Origin: Bacteroidota bacterium
GTDB lineage: Bacteria > Bacteroidota > Bacteroidia > UKL13-3
Reading direction: 5' to 3'
Assembly (NCBI GenBank): GCA_030680835.1
Contig: JAUXUD010000014.1
Location: 18,965-82,964 of the forward strand
DNA length: 64,000 nt
The stretch's first letter is position 1. Each line of letters opens with the position of its first letter. Shown here piece after piece: positions 1 to 9,664 of this stretch. Under the pieces are notes generated by a model. The model was not told where the DNA came from. It saw only the letters and a program-made list of their open reading frames with translations, and searched no databases. The position numbers and the translations under genes were made by a program.

Positions 1-388
1 AGTTCCTGTTGCAGCGGTTGCGATGGGCGCAAGTGTAATTGAGAAACATTTCACATTGGATAAAAACATGGATGGCCCGGATCACAAAGCATCACTGGAG
101 CCCGGGGAATTGAAACAAATGGTTTCTGCCATCAGAAATATTGAAAAAGCAATGGGCGATGGGATCAAAAAGCCATCCCCCTCCGAAACAAAAAATATGG
201 TTATTGCCAGAAAAAGTATTCATCTGGTGAAAGCTTTTGATAAAGGTCACGTGCTAACCAAATCAGATCTTGTCATGAAGAGACCTGGTAATGGAATTTC
301 GCCAATGGAATATAACCAGGTTATCGGCAAAAAACTGTTAACTAATCTTGGCTCAGATCACATGCTCAATTGGGACGAATTAATATGA
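1..388 (+). CDS. N-acylneuraminate/legionaminate-type nonulosonic acid synthase, C-terminal fragment. The gene starts upstream of the window.
   Basis: The frame is open from nt 2. The translation ...VAMGASVIEKHFTLDK...SLEP.EL resembles the NeuB/LegI/PseI C-terminal SAF domain. The stop overlaps the next gene start (ATGA). Confidence 0.75.
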   Translation, partial: VPVAAVAMGASVIEKHFTLDKNMDGPDHKASLEPGELKQMVSAIRNIEKAMGDGIKKPSPSETKNMVIARKSIHLVKAFDKGHVLTKSDLVMKRPGNGISPMEYNQVIGKKLLTNLGSDHMLNWDELI

Positions 389-1488
389 AGATTGGTATTC
401 TCACCAGTTCCCGTGCTGATTATGGTATTTATTTACCACTGTTGAAAGCTCTATATGGTGACTCTTTTTTTAAACCTGAAATTATTGCTTTTGGAACCCA
501 TTTGTCTCCTGCATTTGGCAACACGGTGAAGGCTATAGAAGAAGATGGTTTTCTGGTACCGCATAAAATTGATACCATCCCTAATGGCGACCAGCCTGAA
601 AATATCAGCTATGCAATTGGTAAAACCGTAATCAATTTTTCTTCATTTTGGAAAGACAACCAGTTTGATCTGGTGTTCGCCCTTGGCGATCGTTACGAGA
701 TGTTTGCTGCAGTAATCTCGTCAGTTCCTTTTAATGTAAAAATTGCTCATATTCATGGAGGTGAAACTACATCCGGCGCCATTGATGATGCCTTTCGACA
801 TAGCATTACCCACATGTCATTCATCCATTTTACAAGTGCAGCACCTTATGCAAACCGGGTTAAAGAATTAATAGGATCGTTTAATCATGTATATAATGTT
901 GGTGCATTGAGTTTTGATAACCTGAAAAATATTACACTCTACAGCATTGCTGAATTCAGGGATAAATTTGGGGTCGACCTTACTAAACCTACCATCCTGA
1001 TCACGTTTCATCCTGAAACAATTGATTTTGAAAAAAATCGGGCATATGCTGCCGAACTTGTGGCAGCATTGAATCAAACCAAAGGATTCCAGTTTCTGAT
1101 TACAATGCCTAATTCTGATACCATGGGCAATATTATCAGAACATCTTTACAGGGATTTATTGAAAGAAATACGAACGCATTTGGTTTCGAAAACTTAGGA
1201 ATGATAGGATACTTATCGGCGATGAAACATTGCATAGTCATGATTGGAAATACGTCGAGCGGATGTATTGAAGCAAACTGGTTTCCAAAATGGGTTATTA
1301 ATTTGGGTAACAGGCAAAAGGGAAGAATAGAAACACCAAACAGGATCAATTGCGAAATAAAAAAAGAAATGATTGCGGAAAAACTTGCACTGATAAAACA
1401 AGCATCAATTCCTGAACATACCGATATTTACGGACATGGCAATAGTGCCTTTAAAATTGTGCAAATTATTAAACAAAATTATGCCTGA
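385..1488 (+). CDS. UDP-N-acetylglucosamine 2-epimerase (hydrolysing), NeuC/LegG family
   Basis: Motifs GDRYEMFAAV and HIHGGETTSG are typical of hydrolysing 2-epimerases. I chose the ATG at 385 (MKIGILTSS), which overlaps the upstream stop. The track start at 370 is a TTG. Confidence 0.75.
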   Translation: MKIGILTSSRADYGIYLPLLKALYGDSFFKPEIIAFGTHLSPAFGNTVKAIEEDGFLVPHKIDTIPNGDQPENISYAIGKTVINFSSFWKDNQFDLVFALGDRYEMFAAVISSVPFNVKIAHIHGGETTSGAIDDAFRHSITHMSFIHFTSAAPYANRVKELIGSFNHVYNVGALSFDNLKNITLYSIAEFRDKFGVDLTKPTILITFHPETIDFEKNRAYAAELVAALNQTKGFQFLITMPNSDTMGNIIRTSLQGFIERNTNAFGFENLGMIGYLSAMKHCIVMIGNTSSGCIEANWFPKWVINLGNRQKGRIETPNRINCEIKKEMIAEKLALIKQASIPEHTDIYGHGNSAFKIVQIIKQNYA

Positions 1489-2527
1489 TTTCAAAAAGCA
1501 CATCATACATGAAAATGCACAAATCAGTGTAGCTCTGAATATGCTGAATGATTTAGGCGAAAATCTGACCCTTTTTGCAATAAACGAAAAGGAAGAATTG
1601 ACGGCTACCTTAACAGATGGCGATGTAAGAAGAGGCCTATTAAATGGATATGGTATTACGGAAAGTATCAGCAAAATAACAAATTCCAATTTCTTTTTTA
1701 TAAAGAAAGGTCATGAATCGCTTAGCGAAGTAATCCGGGCAAAACAAAAAGGGATACAGATTTTACCGATTGTAAATGATAAAATGAAAATCGTTAACAT
1801 GGTATTTTTTTCTGTTAACAAATCCTATCTCCCTCTGGATTGCCTGATTATGGCTGGAGGAGAAGGAATCAGACTACGGCCTTTGACAGAGCATTTACCA
1901 AAACCGATGTTAAAAATTGGAGATAAACCAATTATTGAGCATGGTATTGATATGCTGAAACAATATGGTATAGAAAATATTCAAATCAGTATTAATTATC
2001 TGGGAGATAAAGTCATCGAATATTTTGGAGATGGTACAAACAAGAATCTGAATATAAGTTATATCAGGGAAAATAAAAAACTGGGGACAATTGGATCGCT
2101 GAGTCTTGCAGATAATTTTACAAACGATGTTATTCTTGTTATGAATTCGGATTTACTTACAAACATAAATCTTGAGGATTTTTACCTGGACTTTATCAAT
2201 AAAAACGCAGATATGTCTGTTGCTTCCATACCCTATACTGTAAATATTCCATATGCAATTATGGACATACAAAATGAGAATATTGTTGGTTTAAAGGAAA
2301 AACCTAACCTTACATTTCAATCAAATGCAGGTATTTATTTAATTAAAAAGTTATTTATTGAAAAAATCCCATTGAATGAAGTCTATAATGCCACAGATTT
2401 AATAGAAAACTTAATAAGTAACAAAAATAAAGTAATCTACTACCCTATTTTAGGATACTGGCTGGATATAGGTAAAATGGATGATTTCAGGAAAGCTCAG
2501 GAAGACGTCAAACATATAAAATTATAA
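1481..2527 (+). CDS. CBS-domain sugar-phosphate nucleotidyltransferase (PtmE-like, GDP-sugar forming)
   Basis: The N-terminal third is CBS-like. The C-terminal part (MAGGEGIRLRPLT...KPM) is a nucleotidyltransferase fold. The ATG at 1481 overlaps the upstream stop by 8 nt. The track start at 1436 would overlap by 53 nt. Confidence 0.65.
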   Translation: MPDFKKHIIHENAQISVALNMLNDLGENLTLFAINEKEELTATLTDGDVRRGLLNGYGITESISKITNSNFFFIKKGHESLSEVIRAKQKGIQILPIVNDKMKIVNMVFFSVNKSYLPLDCLIMAGGEGIRLRPLTEHLPKPMLKIGDKPIIEHGIDMLKQYGIENIQISINYLGDKVIEYFGDGTNKNLNISYIRENKKLGTIGSLSLADNFTNDVILVMNSDLLTNINLEDFYLDFINKNADMSVASIPYTVNIPYAIMDIQNENIVGLKEKPNLTFQSNAGIYLIKKLFIEKIPLNEVYNATDLIENLISNKNKVIYYPILGYWLDIGKMDDFRKAQEDVKHIKL

Positions 2528-3240
2528 TGTCTGAAATCAGCGATACCTTATTTGTTATAACTGCCAGAGGAGGGTCAAAAGGAATTCCTAAAAAAAATAG
2601 CAAACTACTGGCCGGAAAGCCACTTATTTGTTACTCAATAGATATTGCCAGACAGCTAGCCATTGATGCAGATATATGCGTAAGTACTGATAGCAATGAA
2701 ATCATGGAGATAGTTACCCAATATGGATTGAAAGTGCCATTCATCAGGCCTTCCGAACTGGCCCAGGATACATCTGGCTCACAAGAGGTACTCATTCATT
2801 GCCTGGATTTCTATAAATCCATAGGTAAAAATTACACGAAACTGGTATTACTTCAACCTACCTCACCATTTCGCACCATTCAGCAAACCAGAGAGGCAAT
2901 TGCTCTTTTTGATAATACACTTGATATGGTTGTTTCCGTAAAAGAAAGCGACACAAACCCCTATTATAATTTATTTGAACCAGATGCCTGTGGCCTGTTA
3001 ATAAAAAGCAAAACAGGTTATTATACCAGACGACAGGATTGCCCTGTCGTCTATCAATACAATGGAGCTATATATGTCATCAACACAAACTCTATTTATC
3101 GAACTCCGATGAGTCAATTTAAAAAGGTAAAAGGTTTTATGATGGATGAATTAACATCATTGGATATTGATAATCCACTCGATTGGAATTGGGCAGAATT
3201 CTTAATCGAAAACAACCTCGTACTAATCAAAAATCTATAG
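2527..3240 (+). CDS. CMP-nonulosonic acid synthetase (acylneuraminate cytidylyltransferase family, NeuA/LegF-like)
   Basis: ITARGGSKGIPKKN is the CMP-NeuAc/CMP-Kdo synthetase signature. The protein is 237 aa. Confidence 0.8.
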   Translation: MSEISDTLFVITARGGSKGIPKKNSKLLAGKPLICYSIDIARQLAIDADICVSTDSNEIMEIVTQYGLKVPFIRPSELAQDTSGSQEVLIHCLDFYKSIGKNYTKLVLLQPTSPFRTIQQTREAIALFDNTLDMVVSVKESDTNPYYNLFEPDACGLLIKSKTGYYTRRQDCPVVYQYNGAIYVINTNSIYRTPMSQFKKVKGFMMDELTSLDIDNPLDWNWAEFLIENNLVLIKNL

Positions 3241-4091
3241 TGGGCAATGTAAGGATAATACCCAGGCTTGATATAAAAGGCCCTAACCTGGTAAAGGGAA
3301 TCCACTTGGAAGGGTTACGCGTTTTAGGGAAACCAGAATACTTTGCGAAATACTATTATGAAAATGGTGCTGATGAACTGATATTTCAGGATGTTGTCGC
3401 TAGTTTGTATGAAAGAAACAGCTTGCATGAAATAATTTCAAGAACTGCTAGAGAAATATATATCCCGCTTACTGTTGGAGGAGGGCTTCGCACCCTTGAT
3501 GATATTAAAGAAGTTCTGCGAGCAGGAGCCGATAAAGTTTCACTGAATACAGCAGCAATTAAAAATCCGCAGATCATTAAAGATGCCTCCAGAAAATTTG
3601 GGTCATCAACTATTGTTATTGCCATTGAAGCTATAAAACAACCTGATGGTGAGTATTTTGCCTTTATTGATAATGGCAGGGAAGAAACAGGAATTGAAGT
3701 GGTTAAATGGGCAGAACAAGTTGAAGAATTTGGGGCTGGCGAAATTCTCATCACCTCCGTTGACAGAGAAGGTACGGGGGAAGGATTTGATATTGAACTG
3801 ATCAAAAAAATTTCATCCGCAGTTAAAATACCGGTAATCGCACACGGTGGAGCTGCCGATCCCTGTAATATTAAAAAGGCAATTATTGAAGGGGGGGCAG
3901 ATGCTCTGGCAATCGCCTCAATATTTCATTATGCTTCGATGACTAAAATTTTATCAGGTTCTAAAAGTAAGGAGGAAGGGAACATGTCATTCCTCCAGAG
4001 TGGTAGGAAGTTTGGAATCATCGAACATTCAGACATCAAAAAAGTTAAAACCTTACTTAAAGAAAATAGTATCCCATGCAGACCAATTTAA
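3240..4091 (+). CDS. HisF-like imidazole glycerol phosphate synthase cyclase subunit paralogue (polysaccharide-associated, WbuZ-like)
   Basis: RIIPRLDIKG...GADE...GG fits a HisF TIM-barrel. A GTG start at 3240 gives M-GNVRIIPRLD, a typical HisF N-terminus. The track ATG at 3183 lies inside the upstream gene. Confidence 0.75.
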   Translation: MGNVRIIPRLDIKGPNLVKGIHLEGLRVLGKPEYFAKYYYENGADELIFQDVVASLYERNSLHEIISRTAREIYIPLTVGGGLRTLDDIKEVLRAGADKVSLNTAAIKNPQIIKDASRKFGSSTIVIAIEAIKQPDGEYFAFIDNGREETGIEVVKWAEQVEEFGAGEILITSVDREGTGEGFDIELIKKISSAVKIPVIAHGGAADPCNIKKAIIEGGADALAIASIFHYASMTKILSGSKSKEEGNMSFLQSGRKFGIIEHSDIKKVKTLLKENSIPCRPI

Positions 4092-4104
4092 TTATAAATA
4101 ATAA

Positions 4105-4773
4105 ATGAGTTCGAAAGTTGTCATTGTAGATTACGGACTCGGAAATATATTTAGCATCAATCAGGCATGTAAACATGTGGGTTTGGATTCTACAATAACT
4201 TCAGACCCTAAGCACATATTAAACGCAGATGCACTAATTCTGCCTGGTGTTGGGGCCTTTGGTGATGCTATGAATAGCTTGAGAGAAAATAACCTGATAG
4301 AACCGATTCTTGATTTTGTAAAAACTGGTAAACCTTTTTTAGGAATCTGCCTTGGGATGCAATTATTATTTACCGAAAGCGAAGAATTCGGGGAACATAA
4401 AGGATTAAATCTTGTACCGGGGAAAATTGTCCGCTTTCCTGAATTCAATTCAAATTCAAAGGTAGTTCGTGTTCCGCAGATCCAATGGAACCAGATATAT
4501 AAAAATGATCCACTCGTGTGGAATTCCTCTCCCCTAATTGATATCGAAGAAGGTACCTATATGCATTTTGTGCATTCATATTATGCCATACCGCAAAGCA
4601 ATGATAATATCTTATCCTATAGTGAATACGAAGGTGTCAGATACGCGTCAGCTGTAGCTAAAGACAACATTGTTGGCGTACAGTTCCATCCTGAAAAAAG
4701 TGCGGATCAGGGACTCAAAATATACCGGAACTGGTCCAATTATATTAAAAATAAAGTATATCGCTTATGTTAA
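4105..4773 (+). CDS. HisH-like class I glutamine amidotransferase subunit (WbuY-like)
   Basis: VIVDYGLGNIFSINQA and GICLGMQLL (catalytic Cys) are present, and the HPEKS motif sits near the C-terminus. Confidence 0.8.
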   Translation: MSSKVVIVDYGLGNIFSINQACKHVGLDSTITSDPKHILNADALILPGVGAFGDAMNSLRENNLIEPILDFVKTGKPFLGICLGMQLLFTESEEFGEHKGLNLVPGKIVRFPEFNSNSKVVRVPQIQWNQIYKNDPLVWNSSPLIDIEEGTYMHFVHSYYAIPQSNDNILSYSEYEGVRYASAVAKDNIVGVQFHPEKSADQGLKIYRNWSNYIKNKVYRLC

Positions 4774-6008
4774 AAACAGAAGTACCAGAAGTAAAATACG
4801 GTTTACCCCGTGAAGTTAAATTCTGCAAAAAGTGTGTGATGTCGAATCAGCGTCCCGCATCAGAAATTGAATTCAAACACAATATTAACACCAAAAAGAA
4901 AACGCTTAATTTTGATGAAGAAGGTGTTTGTGATGCCTGCCGTCATGGGGAAGAAAAAGAAAAGATTAATTGGCAAAAAAGAGAAGAAGAGCTGCTTATG
5001 CTGCTGGATAAACACAGAAGTAAAAATGGCTCTTATGATTGTATGGTTCCCGGAAGCGGAGGCAAAGACAGTGCAATGCAGGCTCATATCTTAAAATATA
5101 AATACGGAATGAATCCGCTTACTATAACCTGGCCTCCGATTCTATATACCGACTACGGTTATAAAAACTGGAAAAACTGGATCAACAGTGGATTCGATAA
5201 TGTTACCTTTACCCCTAACGGCAAAGTAATGAATCTGCTAACTAAATTATCCATTGAAAATTTAATGCATCCGTTTCAGACTTTTATGCTGGGACAGAAA
5301 AACCTGGCTCCCAAACTTGCATTAAAATATGATATACCGCTTATATTTTATGGGGAAAATGAAGCTGAATATGGAAATCCAATCGCAGATAATGCTTCCT
5401 CACTCCGGGATAAATCTTATTACGCCATCAGCAATTTGGATGATATCTATCTGGGCGGTGTTTCGATAAAAGAATTGAAAGAAAAATATGCTTTAACCAA
5501 TCTTGATCTGAGTGCATTTCTTCCTGCTGATTCAACCGAACTTGCAAAATCAAATATAGAAGTACATTATCTTGGTTACTATATAAAATGGATCCCACAA
5601 GAATCCTATTACTATGCAGTAGAACATACAGGTTTCAAGGCGCGTCCATTCAGAACTCAGGGCACATACAGTAAATATAACAGCATCGACGATAAGATTG
5701 ATGATCTTCATTATTATACCACATTTATCAAATTCGGTATCGGTAGGGCTACGTATGATGCTTCTCAGGAAATTCGTAATATGCACTTAACAAGGGAAGA
5801 AGGGGTTGCTTTAGTAAAGAAATTTGACGGAGAATTTCCGGACAGATATTTTAATGAGATCATGGACTATATCGGTATGAAATCCGAAAGATTTCATGAA
5901 TTGTGTGATCAGTTCAGGTCTCCTCATTTGTGGGCCAAAAGTGATACAGGAGAATGGAAATTGAGGCATAATGTATCTGGCACTGGTGTTGATGATTTAA
6001 AAAGGTAA
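4767..6008 (+). CDS. N-acetyl sugar amidotransferase (WbpG/WbuX/LfnA family, PP-loop ATPase)
   Basis: SGGKDS PP-loop motif. The N-terminus has a Cys cluster (CKKC...CDAC). It lies directly downstream of the HisF/HisH paralogues, the conserved arrangement for acetimidoyl group formation. Confidence 0.7.
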   Translation: MLKTEVPEVKYGLPREVKFCKKCVMSNQRPASEIEFKHNINTKKKTLNFDEEGVCDACRHGEEKEKINWQKREEELLMLLDKHRSKNGSYDCMVPGSGGKDSAMQAHILKYKYGMNPLTITWPPILYTDYGYKNWKNWINSGFDNVTFTPNGKVMNLLTKLSIENLMHPFQTFMLGQKNLAPKLALKYDIPLIFYGENEAEYGNPIADNASSLRDKSYYAISNLDDIYLGGVSIKELKEKYALTNLDLSAFLPADSTELAKSNIEVHYLGYYIKWIPQESYYYAVEHTGFKARPFRTQGTYSKYNSIDDKIDDLHYYTTFIKFGIGRATYDASQEIRNMHLTREEGVALVKKFDGEFPDRYFNEIMDYIGMKSERFHELCDQFRSPHLWAKSDTGEWKLRHNVSGTGVDDLKR

Positions 6009-6023
6009 AATAATTATTATAAA

Positions 6024-7040
6024 ATGAATGTTGTTATATTAGGATCTGGCAGAATGGGCATCAGACATGCGCAAGGTATTTGCGATATACCTCAATTAAA
6101 CTCACTTTTTTTGGTAGATAAATTTGAAGACGCCCTAACTAATGCAAAGGAATCATTAAAAAACCAGACCGAATTTTCAAAAATAAGTTTCGTATTACTT
6201 GAAGATTTTATCCATTCAGGTGAAAAATTTGATATTGGAATTCTTGCAGCAACATCGCAGAACAGACTGGGAAATTGTCGCCTGCTTGTCAATAAAGGTG
6301 TAAAACACATTCTGGTTGAAAAACCTCTTGGACAAAGCATTTCAGAAGTAATCGAGCTTATCACATTTTTTGATCAAAATCCGGATATTAAAGGGTATGT
6401 TAATCTAAACATGCGATTGTATGAATCTTTCAAAGAATTGAAAAACGACCTTCAAACATTAACTCAATTTAAAGGAGAAAAAAATATTACAGTCAATACA
6501 GGGACGCTTGGTATTGGTGCCAATGGAATCCATTACCTGGATTTGTTATTCTTTTTATTCGATGCCGATGATGCAGAAATACAGTCATGTGAAATAGACC
6601 CTCAAACCATACCAAGTGGCCGTGGTCTTGAGTTTGCCGATTTTGGAGGATGGGCAGTAATCAGATTCTTTAAAAACCAGGAAATACTGGGAAGAGCTTT
6701 AATTTCAATTTCTGCCCGTAGCACAGTTTTTGGCGGGTGGGATATTGTGGGTAGTCATGGAAGAATTTTACTGGACGAAATTCAACAAAAGCGCATTGAT
6801 ATTTTGCGTAAAGCTGATAGTTCAATGCCTATAAGCCGATACGCCGCAGATTACTTACAACCTCTTGAAAAAAAAATCGAGTCCCCGTTTCTTGGTGAAC
6901 TAACAAAAGTATGGTTAGAAAATTTAATAAAAGGGAATGCAGTTTTGCCAGAAATAAAAGAATCACAAAAGGTGCATAAACTAATATTCGAATGGCTTTC
7001 TGCATCAAAAATATATAAGGATTTATTCCCAATTACATAA
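6024..7040 (+). CDS. Gfo/Idh/MocA-like NAD(P)-dependent oxidoreductase
   Basis: The N-terminus has a Rossmann fold (VVILGSGRMG). The EKP motif is present (ILVEKPLG). Confidence 0.5.
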   Translation: MNVVILGSGRMGIRHAQGICDIPQLNSLFLVDKFEDALTNAKESLKNQTEFSKISFVLLEDFIHSGEKFDIGILAATSQNRLGNCRLLVNKGVKHILVEKPLGQSISEVIELITFFDQNPDIKGYVNLNMRLYESFKELKNDLQTLTQFKGEKNITVNTGTLGIGANGIHYLDLLFFLFDADDAEIQSCEIDPQTIPSGRGLEFADFGGWAVIRFFKNQEILGRALISISARSTVFGGWDIVGSHGRILLDEIQQKRIDILRKADSSMPISRYAADYLQPLEKKIESPFLGELTKVWLENLIKGNAVLPEIKESQKVHKLIFEWLSASKIYKDLFPIT

Positions 7041-7076
7041 GCAATATCAATAGATACCAGCAACACCAAGAATCAA

Positions 7077-7772
7077 TTGCAGACAATCAATTTCAATAAA
7101 TCTTTTATCAGATGGCGGTTAAAAAATGACTTGTACGGAAGATTTAATATTGAAGCCTGTTGCAGTGTGATAAACATAATAACTTCAACACAGATTGATT
7201 ATTATTTATTAAGTAGTGTTTTAGCTTGCAAGGTATTATCAGGAAAAGATATGTTACATGATCCCGAATACCTTTTTCAAGCCATATTTTCAGAAAGGGA
7301 CTTTAAAATATTCCGCATCAACAACGCTACCGGAGGCATACGGGATACAAACGGTCTGAATATAGAAAACTTCGAAGAAATAAAAGTTCATTTAACACAT
7401 ACTGATTCAAAAAAATTGAATACTCCAAAAGAAATTTATTTAGCAGTTTTTGATCAAAAATCTTTAAACGCTCAGGTATTTTTCAAAATTGGGGAAATAA
7501 AATACGAACTCAGGTTTCCGGTAAAACACATTAACGTACGTTCAACCGATGATAACTGGCAGGTGGAAACCGGACCTGTACTTATGCCTTTCCTGAATCA
7601 TAAATCAGAAGTAAACGCTAATCATTTCCTTCCGGCTTTTATTGCGTTGAATCACAATGGCATTTTTGACTATGCGACTTTTGAAGAAGAAAAGCTGCAC
7701 AATTACTCCACAAGATTTTATCATAAAAAGGAATCATTGAAAGTTGAATCTCAATTACAAATTATTGAATAA
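7077..7772 (+). CDS. hypothetical protein of unknown function. The start is uncertain: TTG at 7077, first ATG at 7251.
   Basis: Long ORF in the operon frame between two oxidoreductase genes. No motif recognised. Confidence 0.35.
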   Translation: MQTINFNKSFIRWRLKNDLYGRFNIEACCSVINIITSTQIDYYLLSSVLACKVLSGKDMLHDPEYLFQAIFSERDFKIFRINNATGGIRDTNGLNIENFEEIKVHLTHTDSKKLNTPKEIYLAVFDQKSLNAQVFFKIGEIKYELRFPVKHINVRSTDDNWQVETGPVLMPFLNHKSEVNANHFLPAFIALNHNGIFDYATFEEEKLHNYSTRFYHKKESLKVESQLQIIE

Positions 7773-7775
7773 ATT

Positions 7776-8714
7776 ATGATCTGGATTATTGGAACAGGAC
7801 TTATGAGCAGGGAATACGCTAAGGTTCTAAAAGCATTAAATAAGGAGTTCATTGCAATAGGAAAAGGAGAAGAAAATTGTGCTCTATTTGAAAAAGAATA
7901 TAGTGTAAAGACAATAAGAGGTGGACTCAATGATTTTCTAAAAACAAAACCTCCTATTCCGGAATCTGTAATTGTTGGAGTTGGAATTGAAGCACTCACT
8001 GAAACAACCATTGCTCTGTTAAATTACGGTATAGGAAAAATTCTTCTCGAAAAACCAGGAGTGGGGTATGCTTCGGAAATAACTGCTGTTTCAGAACTCG
8101 TAAAAGAGCAAAATGCTCACGTCTTACTTGCATATAACAGGAGATTTTACTCCTCTGTTATACAAGCACAAAAAATAATAAAAGATGATGGCGGAGTGGT
8201 TTCATTCAATTTTGAATTTACCGAATGGTCGCACTTAATACGAAACTTAAAGAAGCATAAAACAGAACATCACAATTGGTTCCTGGGAAACTCTACACAT
8301 GTTATTGATACTGCCTTCTATCTTGGTGGTAACCCTAAAGAATTATGTGCTTTTTTCAAAGGTGGTCTAGACTGGCATCCTGCTTCATCTGTTTTTGCAG
8401 GTGCAGGGGTGAGTGAAAACAATGCCTTATTTTCTTACCAGGCAAATTGGGAAGGTCCGGGGCGTTGGGTTATTGAATTGATTACACCCATTCACCGGCT
8501 TATTTTCAAACCTATGGAGACCCTTCAAATCCAAAATATAGGAAGTGTTGCAGTTGAGCCAGTATTAGTTGACGATCATTTAGATAAAGAATTCAAACCC
8601 GGTATCTATTTACAAACAGAAACTTTTATAAAAGGTGATTATTCGAGGTTCTGTTCTGTTCAGGATCAAAAAAATATGATTGAAAAATATTATAATAAAA
8701 TGAGTGGTTATTGA
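7776..8714 (+). CDS. Gfo/Idh/MocA-like oxidoreductase (second copy)
   Basis: N-terminus IIGTGLMSREYA and LLEKPG (EKP motif). Confidence 0.45.
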   Translation: MIWIIGTGLMSREYAKVLKALNKEFIAIGKGEENCALFEKEYSVKTIRGGLNDFLKTKPPIPESVIVGVGIEALTETTIALLNYGIGKILLEKPGVGYASEITAVSELVKEQNAHVLLAYNRRFYSSVIQAQKIIKDDGGVVSFNFEFTEWSHLIRNLKKHKTEHHNWFLGNSTHVIDTAFYLGGNPKELCAFFKGGLDWHPASSVFAGAGVSENNALFSYQANWEGPGRWVIELITPIHRLIFKPMETLQIQNIGSVAVEPVLVDDHLDKEFKPGIYLQTETFIKGDYSRFCSVQDQKNMIEKYYNKMSGY

Positions 8715-9580
8715 TAAAAAATATGAATAAAATAGAAGAATCGACTCAATGGGACCTCATTCTCACCCCGCAAAAGGGGTGGTTCAAACTTGATTTAGGG
8801 GCAATTTGGAGGTATCGGGACCTGCTGATGCTGCTTGTTCGACGAGATATAGTTGCTTTTTACAAGCAGACCATCTTTGGTCCGCTCTGGTATTTTATCC
8901 AGCCGGTATTCACCACCATTGTATTTACTTTTATATTTGGTAAATTAGCTAAACTTTCTACCGATGGACTCCCTCAATCTGTGTTTTATCTCGTTGGAAT
9001 TACTGCATGGAACTATTTTTCAGACTGCTTAATAAAAACATCTACCGTCTTCAGGGATAATCAGGCAATATTCGGTAAGGTTTATTTTCCAAGGATAATA
9101 AGTCCGTTAAGTATTGTTGTTTCCAATCTGCTGAGGTTTGCAATTCAACTTGTCCTTTTGTTAGGTTTAATAATCTATTTTTATTTTCAGGGAGTCATAT
9201 TTCCCATAGGCTGGAATATCTTCTTGTTTCCTGTATTTATTTTGTTTATGGCTATGCAGGGGCTCGGCCTTGGAATGATGGTTACTGCCATGACAAATAA
9301 ATACAAGGACCTATCCATTCTTGTTCCATTTGGTATGCAACTTTTGATGTATGCCACAACAGTTATTTATCCACTTTCCAGTCTCAGTGGAAATATGTAC
9401 CGCATCGTTGCGCTTAATCCCATGACTTATGTCATTGAAGGCATAAAAGCCAGTACGCTTGGTGTTGGCGTACTCACCTTCCAAACTTTTACCTATTCAT
9501 TTCTTGTCTCCGTATTCATCCTTAGCATCGGATATATTATATTTAATAAAGCGGAAAAATCATTTATTGATACCATTTAG
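8711..9580 (+). CDS. wzm: ABC-2 type polysaccharide export permease (Wzm/KpsM/TagG family)
   Basis: Conserved RDIVAFYKQTIFGPLWYFIQP N-terminal motif. The rest is multi-TM hydrophobic. Confidence 0.8.
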   Translation: MIKNMNKIEESTQWDLILTPQKGWFKLDLGAIWRYRDLLMLLVRRDIVAFYKQTIFGPLWYFIQPVFTTIVFTFIFGKLAKLSTDGLPQSVFYLVGITAWNYFSDCLIKTSTVFRDNQAIFGKVYFPRIISPLSIVVSNLLRFAIQLVLLLGLIIYFYFQGVIFPIGWNIFLFPVFILFMAMQGLGLGMMVTAMTNKYKDLSILVPFGMQLLMYATTVIYPLSSLSGNMYRIVALNPMTYVIEGIKASTLGVGVLTFQTFTYSFLVSVFILSIGYIIFNKAEKSFIDTI

Positions 9581-9664
9581 GCAGATGCCCAGTCATCACT
9601 TATGAAGTGGTAGCATTATATTCTTTCTGAGCAATAACTATAATAACCTACAAAAAAAAACTAA

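Noticed and set aside
3183-3239. Track start (ATG 3183) for the HisF-like gene
   Set aside because: It would overlap the upstream CMP-synthetase gene by 58 nt and add a non-conserved N-terminal extension. GTG at 3240 yields the canonical HisF N-terminus (M-GNVRIIPRLD).
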